DNA of 64,000 nucleotides from an uncultured Candidatus Saccharibacteria bacterium. GTDB taxonomy: Bacteria; Patescibacteriota; Minisyncoccia; UBA6257; 1-14-0-10-44-23. Below, one piece after another: positions 57,225 through 64,000 of the stretch. The stretch lies in contig CAYMXN010000001.1 in NCBI GenBank assembly GCA_964394435.1, forward strand, positions 235,928 to 299,927, written 5' to 3'. How positions within the stretch are numbered: the stretch's first letter is position 1; each line of letters starts with the position of its first letter. A program made the position numbers and the translations under genes. Under the pieces are notes generated by a model. It was not told where the DNA came from, searched no databases, and was given only the letters and a program-made list of their open reading frames with translations.

Positions 57225-58958
57225 CTACCCCTTTCTGCTCAATTGTTGATACTCCTGGATGAGTTTTTCGAGCAGTTGATGGTCCCCGGCACGTTCGGCG
57301 GCAGCCATCTGCCCCTGAATCTCCTGACGCCTCTGTTTTGCCCCCTCCTGGCGTAGTCCACGTACAATATCTTCAAACTCCTTCTTTACCTTTTTCGGGT
57401 CGTCGCTTACCACCAAACTCGCGTGCATCTGAAGCAGGCCAACTCGCGCGGCATCTTCTTGCGATAACTGCGCAACCTGCCCACCCTCGATATATGCATA
57501 TATCGCCTGATAGGTTTCCGGAATATACTCTCGCACTCCCTTTGATTCGATTAGTAATCCGGCTGTGTCATTTAAGAGCATCTCTAACAAACGCTCGACG
57601 AGAATGTCTTTACGCGTTGTTGGCTCGGGAATATCTACGTTGCCGTTTACCTCTTTAGGCGCACTACTACCTGCGAGATCGAGCTTGATCTGACTCATTT
57701 CAGCTATCAACGTCTGCTCGGCGATGCCGCTCATACGAGCAAGCTGGTGGAGCCAGTGGTTTTGTTCTACTGGACTACTCACCTGCTTAATTTTGCCAAG
57801 CGCCTGTCGTACCGCTTTTTTCTTACTTGCTATGTCAGTCGCCCGACCGATGCCGTAGAAGTTGAAGTAATACTCCATTGCGGGCACCGATCTTTCAATT
57901 AACTCTTTCATATGCCCCGGTCGAGACTTAGCGATATCGGCCGGATCTTTAAGATTCGGGTCGTCAAAGATAACTACTTTGACATTAAAGTCATTGGCTT
58001 GCGCCAGGTCGATTGTACGCTCGGCTGCCGCCTTGCCCGCGTTGTCGTTATCAAAAGAGAGCACGAGATTCTCCGCAAACCGGCGAATGGTCTTAAGGTG
58101 GTCGGCGGTAAGCGCGGTGCCGGAGGTGGCGACGAGATTTTTCACGCCATCCTGATAGGTGGCGATAAAATCCATCTGCCCCTCAACTAATACCGCGGTG
58201 TTGGCGTCGCGAATGTCATTTTTTGTTTTCCAAAAGCCAAATAGGAGGCGCGACTTGTTAAAAATAGGCGTTTCTGGACTGTTTACGTACTTTCCGATAT
58301 CCGCGCTCTCGTTGCCCGGCATAACACGCCCCGTAAAACCGATCACTTTCCCGAAGTGATTGTGGAGCGGAAACATAATTCGGTTGCGGAACCGGTCCAT
58401 ATACATTCCCCGCTCGGTTTTAAAGATTAACCCAGCTCGCTCAATATCGGCGGTCGCGTACCCGAGTTTTGTTACGTGGCGAAGTAGCGCGTCCATACCT
58501 GGACCCGCCATACCAATCTCAAACTCTTCAATCGTCTTCTCGGTTAGGCCGCGGCCGGTGAGATACGCTTTTGCTGGACGCCCCATATCCTCGGCGAGCG
58601 TCTGCTTGTAAAAATCTTTTGCGATTCGATTGAGCTCGTACAAGACGTCATACTTTTTCTGATCTTGGTTACCGTGCGTCTTAAGCTCAACCCCTGCTTT
58701 GTCAGCTAAAATTTTGAGTGCGTCTAAAAACTCGATGTTTTCATAACGCATCGTAAATCCGATTACATCTCCCCCGAGCCCACACCCAAAGCAGTGCCAG
58801 ATGCCACGGTCGGGCGAGACCATGAATGATGGGGATTTCTCTTTGTGAAATGGGCAAATTCCCTTCAGGTTTTTCCCTGCTGGTGCGAGCGCGACATACT
58901 GCTTAATAAATTCAGCGATGTCGATTTTTTCTTTGATGAGATCGGTGGTTTCGGCCAT
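57225..58958 (-). CDS. dnaG: DNA primase DnaG
   Basis: Zinc finger CPFHKEKSPSFMVSPDRGIWHCFGCGLGGD. TOPRIM region (EGQMD…). Confidence 0.9.
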   Translation of the reverse strand: MAETTDLIKEKIDIAEFIKQYVALAPAGKNLKGICPFHKEKSPSFMVSPDRGIWHCFGCGLGGDVIGFTMRYENIEFLDALKILADKAGVELKTHGNQDQKKYDVLYELNRIAKDFYKQTLAEDMGRPAKAYLTGRGLTEKTIEEFEIGMAGPGMDALLRHVTKLGYATADIERAGLIFKTERGMYMDRFRNRIMFPLHNHFGKVIGFTGRVMPGNESADIGKYVNSPETPIFNKSRLLFGFWKTKNDIRDANTAVLVEGQMDFIATYQDGVKNLVATSGTALTADHLKTIRRFAENLVLSFDNDNAGKAAAERTIDLAQANDFNVKVVIFDDPNLKDPADIAKSRPGHMKELIERSVPAMEYYFNFYGIGRATDIASKKKAVRQALGKIKQVSSPVEQNHWLHQLARMSGIAEQTLIAEMSQIKLDLAGSSAPKEVNGNVDIPEPTTRKDILVERLLEMLLNDTAGLLIESKGVREYIPETYQAIYAYIEGGQVAQLSQEDAARVGLLQMHASLVVSDDPKKVKKEFEDIVRGLRQEGAKQRRQEIQGQMAAAERAGDHQLLEKLIQEYQQLSRKG

Positions 58959-59011
58959 ACAATTGCTGTTAGCTTATAGCTTATAGCTTTTAGGGAACAG
59001 AAGCAAAGCGG

Positions 59012-59440
59012 TTGCAAAGAGTATATACAATCGATATGCTTTCCTTGGCCTATCTGGAGGCTCGCGTGGCAAAAAAGCTCACATTCGCCCAGCGAATTTA
59101 CCAAAAGCGAAAGGCGTGGCTCAAGGCCCACCCCGCTACGGCTCGACGATACAAGAAGCGCGCTCAAGAGTATGCGCGTCGGCGCTATCAAGAACTTAAG
59201 CGTCAACGCTACGAGATGAGCACTCCCTGTATCCGCTGTGGTCATGCAGCAGACCACATCTTTTACGGTAAGTGTCAGGCGGGGCAGAGCGTTGCCGAAC
59301 AGATGCTGCGCCCCAAGGAGACGTTTGATCATTGGCTGCAGCGCATTGCGAAGCAGAGGTGCGACTGCCCCATCCATATCTCGATTCTCCCCCGCGAAAA
59401 ACCCGCCCAGAGCCGGTCCAGTAAATCTTCCGAGCGATGA
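59012..59440 (+). CDS. basic Cys-containing hypothetical protein (142 aa; TTG start or ATG at 59036)
   Basis: Arg/Lys-rich. CIRCGH…CQAG…CDCP cysteines (possible zinc ribbon). Terminator hairpin plus T-run downstream. Confidence 0.4.
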   Translation: MQRVYTIDMLSLAYLEARVAKKLTFAQRIYQKRKAWLKAHPATARRYKKRAQEYARRRYQELKRQRYEMSTPCIRCGHAADHIFYGKCQAGQSVAEQMLRPKETFDHWLQRIAKQRCDCPIHISILPREKPAQSRSSKSSER

Positions 59441-59531
59441 CTCACCCGCTGAATCATCGCTCTTGCTTTTTTATATGAAAGTGTATATACTAGCCCTATT
59501 GTCAAATTAGTAGCTATAGAAACTTACATTT

Positions 59532-59888
59532 ATGCGACACTGTGCAGTCTGTGGAAAAACTTCAAAGATGGGCGGTACCCGAAAACTTCTTCGTGGTCAC
59601 TACAACCCAACCAACTGGACCCGAAAGTACCCAAACCTCCAGTTGACCTTAACTCCTGACGGTGAGCGCCTTTTGGCTTGCACCCAGTGTATTCGCACCT
59701 TTAGTAAAGCTGCTCGCCTCGAGAAAAAGAAAGCCCTCAAGACCGAAGCTGCTCAAAAAGCTACTGTCGCAGCTCCAGTTGCCGAGAAGAAGGCAGAAGA
59801 GCCTAAAGCAGAAAAAGCCAAGGCACCTAAAAAGCCTCGCGTCCCATCGAAGAACAAGAAAGAGCCTAAAGCCAAAAAAACCGCGTAA
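59532..59888 (+). CDS. rpmB: 50S ribosomal protein L28-like with Lys/Ala-rich C-terminal extension
   Basis: CAVCGK…RKYPNLQ matches the bL28 core. The C-terminal 45 aa is KAEEPKAEKAKAPKKPRVPSKNKKEPKAKKTA (histone H1-like). Confidence 0.6.
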   Translation: MRHCAVCGKTSKMGGTRKLLRGHYNPTNWTRKYPNLQLTLTPDGERLLACTQCIRTFSKAARLEKKKALKTEAAQKATVAAPVAEKKAEEPKAEKAKAPKKPRVPSKNKKEPKAKKTA

Positions 59889-59902
59889 GCGGTTTTTTTG
59901 AT
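59874..59902 (+). terminator. terminator (AAAAAAACCGCGTAAGCGGTTTTTTTG)
   Basis: Seen in sequence. Overlaps the stop codon. Confidence 0.7.
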
Positions 59903-60624
59903 CACCCATTCCAATTTCCAAACCGTTCGGCAAATACATTTTCATACGCAAATCCGGAGACTAGTAGGTTTTGCGTTATAGCCTCAACAAACGGGGTCGA
60001 TCCACATACATAGATGCGTGGCTTCTGGTCTTTTATCCGCCCGAGAACTTCTTCAAGCATCTTGCGATCGATGCGTCGTGCGTATCCACTCCATTCTTGA
60101 GGCGGACGCTTTGTGTATGTCGTGACGAGCTCAAAGCTGGGATGATTTTGCGCATAGCGCTCAAGCTCGGCTTGATATAAAAAGTAGTCGGGCGATTGGA
60201 CGCTAATCAAGGCGATAACCTGCCGCTGCTTACCCGACTCGATGTGATGCCGGAGCATACTCATCAGCGGAGCAAGCCCACACCCACCCGCGACCAGCAC
60301 CAGTGGCTCTGAAAAACTTGATCGCCAGGTAAAATCACTAACTGGTGCGAGCTGAAGCTCGACCCGGTCTCCCGTGTTCATCTTTGCGAGCTGCGGAGTA
60401 ATACGACCAGTTGGCGTAATTTGAATCGCAAACTCAACCTGATCTTTTTGTGACGGCGCAGACACAATCGAGTACTGCCGGATGTTATGTGTATCACTAA
60501 CTAAGCGTAGTAAGTAGTGCTGACCTGGAAGATGTGGCTGCCAATTTGGCAATGAAAAAGTTAAACCGATAATATCAGTCGCCAACTGTTCTTTTTTGAC
60601 TAATGTCGCCAGTTGCCAGCTCAT
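59902..60624 (-). CDS. ferredoxin-NADP reductase-like FAD/NAD(P)-binding oxidoreductase
   Basis: RQYSIVS (RxYS FAD motif). LVAGGCGLAPLMSM NAD-binding motif. Confidence 0.7.
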   Translation of the reverse strand: MSWQLATLVKKEQLATDIIGLTFSLPNWQPHLPGQHYLLRLVSDTHNIRQYSIVSAPSQKDQVEFAIQITPTGRITPQLAKMNTGDRVELQLAPVSDFTWRSSFSEPLVLVAGGCGLAPLMSMLRHHIESGKQRQVIALISVQSPDYFLYQAELERYAQNHPSFELVTTYTKRPPQEWSGYARRIDRKMLEEVLGRIKDQKPRIYVCGSTPFVEAITQNLLVSGFAYENVFAERFGNWNG

Positions 60625-60903
60625 CTACTGATCGATTTTCTTCTTGCCCCAACGCCACTCGGGTTTTTCACCGGTAAGAAAACAGATGCCAATAAGGGCG
60701 ACAGTTGAAACAATATATGGAATCACGAGACCGTAGAGCGTATCGCTGCCGGAGTGCGACGCACTATCGATTTTTAGAAAAAAGAAAATTATCACTACAA
60801 AATAGAGCGCTAAAACCATCCACCCCTCCCAACTGGCTGGCGTCCATCCCCACCCATACGTTTTATTTTTAAACCAGAGTTTTTTCATATTATTACCGAA
60901 CAT
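60625..60903 (-). CDS. small membrane protein
   Basis: 92 aa, two TM helices. Confidence 0.4.
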   Translation of the reverse strand: MFGNNMKKLWFKNKTYGWGWTPASWEGWMVLALYFVVIIFFFLKIDSASHSGSDTLYGLVIPYIVSTVALIGICFLTGEKPEWRWGKKKIDQ

Positions 60904-60940
60904 TGTTTACTGAGTTAACTCGCCCTGAGCGAAGCCGAAG

Positions 60941-61013
60941 GGTCGGGCTGCCGGGAATCGAACCCGGACCGCACACTCCCGAAGCGTGCATACTGCCACT
61001 ATACGACAGCCCG
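60941..61013 (-). tRNA. tRNA-Pro (anticodon CGG)
   Basis: Reverse complement reads CGGGCTG acceptor, anticodon stem-loop CACGC-TTCGGGA-GTGTG, T-arm CCGGGTTCGATTCCCGG, 3' CAGCCCG-A-CC. Confidence 0.75.
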
Positions 61014-61171
61014 TCTTCGTCGCGCCGAAGCTCGACTACGACGAGGCGAGGCCCGTTAGGAGAGCGAAGGCGGACATAATCAAAGCGCCGTAGCGTACAT
61101 TCGACGGGATAACCCGCCCATCGCCTACTAGCGTCGATGTTTTATAGAATATATTGAAAAGAGACGAAAGT

Positions 61172-61504
61172 CTATCGATTATCCCCCTGCCCCTTGATTA
61201 CATCTCGTTGCTTGCGGTCGGCAAGCTTTTTGATATTGCGAGCTACTACTTCTTCGAGTGGAATACCAAGTTCGTGCGCAATAACTGCGACATACCATAA
61301 CACATCGTTAAGCTCCTTTTTTAAATCTTCTTGGTCTTCATTGGTAATTATCCCATTGCGGTATGCGACGATTTTTTTCCATTTTTCAACTACCTCGCCG
61401 GCTTCGCCAGCAATGCCAAGCATCCAAATTGTTTTTTGCATCAATGGGTCGGCGTTACCCTCGAGCGTAGTGAGCGCTATTTTCTGATACTCATCAAATG
61501 TCAT
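61172..61504 (-). CDS. MazG-like nucleotide pyrophosphohydrolase
   Basis: 110 aa. EAGEVVE and ELNDVLWYVAVIAHELGI motifs. Confidence 0.7.
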   Translation of the reverse strand: MTFDEYQKIALTTLEGNADPLMQKTIWMLGIAGEAGEVVEKWKKIVAYRNGIITNEDQEDLKKELNDVLWYVAVIAHELGIPLEEVVARNIKKLADRKQRDVIKGQGDNR

Positions 61505-61550
61505 AGATATATTTATTTATCTTGATCTTCGCTATACATTAAAACCGATT

Positions 61551-62204
61551 TTAAGCCTCTGGCGATTCAGCCAAACCGCTCCATGCAATTGGATTCTTCT
61601 TAAACATTTTAATTGTCTTGACCATGTTGCGCCCAACCATCGGCGAGCCCTCCCAAGCCCACGAAACTGCCTGCCTGTCCGTATTATTCCACTTCGCCGG
61701 ATGCCACAATACGGAGTTCGGAGGAATAAGTACTCCCATCTGTGCCAGCGCCCCCACCATCAACATAGCAGCCATCTCTAAACCTCCTTCGTTCTCCTTT
61801 GAGGCTGAAATAAATGCTGCAACTTTACCCTCTAACTGGAAACCATCATTCTCGAGCGGTGTCAGGTGCTCGATAAAATCCTTCATTGCCGCACTCATAT
61901 TTGCCCAATAAACCGGAGTTGCTAACACCAACCCGTCCGCACGCAAAATCTCTGGATACAGCTTCACAATATCGTCCTGCGGCATCATCGAAGGCGTCTC
62001 CTTATTCGGATCCTGACTGTAATAGCCCGGAGTGCGAACTGAATTCAATTCATAGAGATGGATGACTTTCGTCTCCGCCCCCTCTTTCTGCGCACCCTCT
62101 AAGACCCTATTCAGCAACTGCATCACAATCCCATCTTTATGCGGAGAACCATTAATACCCAACACAAACGGTTTTTTGGTCTTTGCAATCATCCTCTTAA
62201 GCAT
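61551..62204 (-). CDS. NAD(P)H-dependent FMN reductase / flavodoxin-like fold protein
   Basis: VLGINGSPHKDG N-terminal motif. Confidence 0.65.
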   Translation of the reverse strand: MLKRMIAKTKKPFVLGINGSPHKDGIVMQLLNRVLEGAQKEGAETKVIHLYELNSVRTPGYYSQDPNKETPSMMPQDDIVKLYPEILRADGLVLATPVYWANMSAAMKDFIEHLTPLENDGFQLEGKVAAFISASKENEGGLEMAAMLMVGALAQMGVLIPPNSVLWHPAKWNNTDRQAVSWAWEGSPMVGRNMVKTIKMFKKNPIAWSGLAESPEA

Positions 62205-62209
62205 ATAAG

Positions 62210-63733
62210 TTATTCAACTGAATATTTTTTCTTTATTTCATTATCAATCTTCTCTTGCTCCCCGGCCGCCCGCTCTTTCGACTTCTGAGACATTTTCACG
62301 AGCTCCTTCACCGACAGCTTCGCCAACGCCTTCACTCGCGCCAAAAGCAACTCTTTTTCATTCAATTCCGGCTTATCCAGCACCTCTTCGAGAAGTATGG
62401 CGATAATCGCACCGATAGCCGGGCCCGGCTCAACACCAGCAGCCTCAATCACCTCCTGTCCTTTAACCGCAAGCATCTTGGCGCTCACCGGGTCGGTCTT
62501 CACCTTTTCAATCATCGCCTGGAGATACCGCAAACGATACGGCTGCGCCTTTGGCACACCAGAACCAATTCGATCGGCTTCACGTACTTTAATCAGCGCC
62601 TCAACGTTATCCGTACCCACCCGACTCACCAGGCGACGAACACCGGAAAGCGTGACCACCTCCGGGTCATACACGAACATGTGTTCATAAACGAGCAGCG
62701 AAACCTTCTCAATGATATCGTTGCTGTATTTTAAACGCTGCAAGATTGCGGTTGTTTGCTTGGCGCCGATTACTTGGTGACCATAAAACGTCCAATCTCC
62801 TTTTTTACCGCCGCGCGTTTTCTTCCCGGTTGGCGTATTTTTCCACTGTCGGCTTTTCGGCTTACCCACGTCGTGTAATAACGCCGCTAAACGCAAATCA
62901 AGCGGAAATTCTTTTTCTACCGCGTACTGAAGCGACTTGAGGTTATGTTCGTATACGCTATAGATATGGTGCTGGTTTTGCTCCATATCAACGCCTTCAA
63001 GGAGTTCTGGGATGACGTATTGCAATAAGCCAGTCTGCCGCATCAGTTCTACACCCTCGTGCCCGCGACTAGTCATCAGCAACTTACTGAACTCGTCACG
63101 GATACGCTCTTTAGCGATGAACTCCAATAACCCGGCATGCTTTTCAATCGCAGCCTTAGTATCTTTAGCGATCGTAAAACCAAGTTGAGCACTAAATCGA
63201 ACTGCGCGCATTAACCGAAGCGCGTCTTCAGTAAAGCGCTCATTCGCATTACCGACGGCGCGAATTTTCTCGTCTTTTAAATCTTCGCGGCCATCAAACG
63301 GGTCAACAATATACTCCTCGTCAATCTCCCCGTCACCTACTAATCCTTCGGGAATCTGCAGTGCCATGGCGTTAACGGTAAAATCACGGCGAGCCAAATC
63401 CTCTTCAACAGTCTTTGCGAACTTGACCTCGTCTGGATGACGCTTATCAGTATACTTTCCCTCTAATCGAAACGTTGTAATCTCGATAATCTTAATTCGC
63501 GGATCTTCAGAACGCGTTTTTACCCCAACTGTTCCAAACTGATTTTCGTACACACTGTCGGGAAATAATTTTTGCACTTCCTCGGGTTTTGCGTTAGTTG
63601 TGATATCCCAATCCTTTGGCTCAACTTTTAATAAGAGATCGCGAAGACAGCCGCCAACTAAATAGGCGGAATGACCGCTCTGCTGTAAAATCGCGGCAAT
63701 CTGGAGAACTTCTTTTGGTACTTTTACTTCCAT
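62210..63733 (-). CDS. cca: CCA-adding tRNA nucleotidyltransferase with HD domain
   Basis: GGCLRDLLL…DWDITT Pol-beta NT motif. HD domain (LLHDVGK). Confidence 0.85.
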   Translation of the reverse strand: MEVKVPKEVLQIAAILQQSGHSAYLVGGCLRDLLLKVEPKDWDITTNAKPEEVQKLFPDSVYENQFGTVGVKTRSEDPRIKIIEITTFRLEGKYTDKRHPDEVKFAKTVEEDLARRDFTVNAMALQIPEGLVGDGEIDEEYIVDPFDGREDLKDEKIRAVGNANERFTEDALRLMRAVRFSAQLGFTIAKDTKAAIEKHAGLLEFIAKERIRDEFSKLLMTSRGHEGVELMRQTGLLQYVIPELLEGVDMEQNQHHIYSVYEHNLKSLQYAVEKEFPLDLRLAALLHDVGKPKSRQWKNTPTGKKTRGGKKGDWTFYGHQVIGAKQTTAILQRLKYSNDIIEKVSLLVYEHMFVYDPEVVTLSGVRRLVSRVGTDNVEALIKVREADRIGSGVPKAQPYRLRYLQAMIEKVKTDPVSAKMLAVKGQEVIEAAGVEPGPAIGAIIAILLEEVLDKPELNEKELLLARVKALAKLSVKELVKMSQKSKERAAGEQEKIDNEIKKKYSVE

Positions 63734-64000
63734 ACTCGTTTGTTATTAATCGCCTCTTTATCCCAAAAAGCTTTTTCAAGATCAATACCCATACCGTTAC
63801 AAATACCTAAAATGTGGATCAACACATCAGCTACCTCGTGCTCCGGATTATATTCAGTAGAGTGCTTGCCCGTTTTGATTCCAACTGACTTACGCGAAGC
63901 TTTCGCGAACTCACCAATCTCTTCAATGAGAAGCATAAACTTTTGCGGAACTGTCTCCTCGGCAAAACCACGCTCTTTTGCCTTTTTGGCGATATAGCGC
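63724..64000 (-). CDS. MazG-like NTP pyrophosphohydrolase, N-terminus beyond window edge
   Basis: LLIEEIGEFAKA…VADVLIHILGI motifs. Reading frame stays open to base 64000. Confidence 0.5.
   Translation of the reverse strand, partial: RYIAKKAKERGFAEETVPQKFMLLIEEIGEFAKASRKSVGIKTGKHSTEYNPEHEVADVLIHILGICNGMGIDLEKAFWDKEAINNKRVWK

Noticed and set aside
1-64000. CRISPR arrays, transposases, integrases
   Set aside because: No regularly spaced direct repeats, and no DDE/tyrosine-recombinase/serine-recombinase motifs, were seen in any frame.

Overview
This is a roughly 45% GC bacterial chromosome segment (GC judged by eye). It is gene-dense, mostly transcribed on the minus strand, with short intergenic regions and many hairpin-plus-T-run terminators. 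Gene content suggests a small-genome, Gram-positive-like or Patescibacteria-like organism; that is inference only.

Housekeeping and other recognisable genes:
- partial ComF (bases 1-645), a P-type cation ATPase, MscL, HtpX, LemA, a GGDEF protein
- GroES-GroEL
- a thiol-redox set: TrxB, glutaredoxin-like, DsbA-like and a thioredoxin-like protein
- TrmH, RsmE, AlaRS lacking the C-terminal domain, RpoD, DnaG, ribosomal protein L28
- CCA-adding enzyme, two MazG-like proteins
- tRNA-Ser(GGA) on the plus strand and tRNA-Pro(CGG) on the minus strand

Polysaccharide and surface block:
- An 18 kb polysaccharide/glycan biosynthesis cluster spans 24.9-43.2 kb.
- It holds an initiating sugar transferase, two Wzx-like flippases, GT2 and GT4 glycosyltransferases, three epimerase/dehydratases, a DegT aminotransferase, four or five SAM methyltransferases and a 2OG-Fe(II) oxygenase.
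- It is followed by an O-antigen-ligase-like TPR membrane protein (Wzy_C).
- Next is a 1089-aa Thr/Ser/Gly-rich secreted protein with a peptidoglycan-binding domain.
- I read this block as a candidate surface-protein (S-layer) O-glycosylation system.

Most unusual feature: at least five sharply delimited GC-rich islands (about 55-70% GC, GC3-biased codon usage) sit in intergenic gaps of the low-GC backbone.
- Locations: 7.75-8.7 kb, 10.44-10.77 kb, 13.95-15.0 kb, 43.55-44.3 kb and 56.05-57.05 kb.
- Each carries one or two ORFs of unknown or weakly assignable function.
- Assignable domain hints are: an OB-fold/cold-shock-like N-terminus, a 76-aa Cys-containing peptide, a degenerate Nudix-fold protein and a DHH-like phosphoesterase.
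- Three of them (7.75 kb, 43.55 kb, 56.05 kb) sit behind a host-style promoter of the form TTGACA, 17-nt spacer, TGnTATAAT or a near variant; all have a Shine-Dalgarno site and a terminator.

Other points:
- A roughly 230-nt structured, GC-rich ncRNA candidate with its own promoter and terminator lies at 19.83-20.06 kb.
- An unannotated 42-aa ORF with a consensus RBS and terminator lies at 5990-6118.
- No CRISPR array, transposase or integrase was seen.
- All functional calls rest on motifs recognised by eye; no searches were run.
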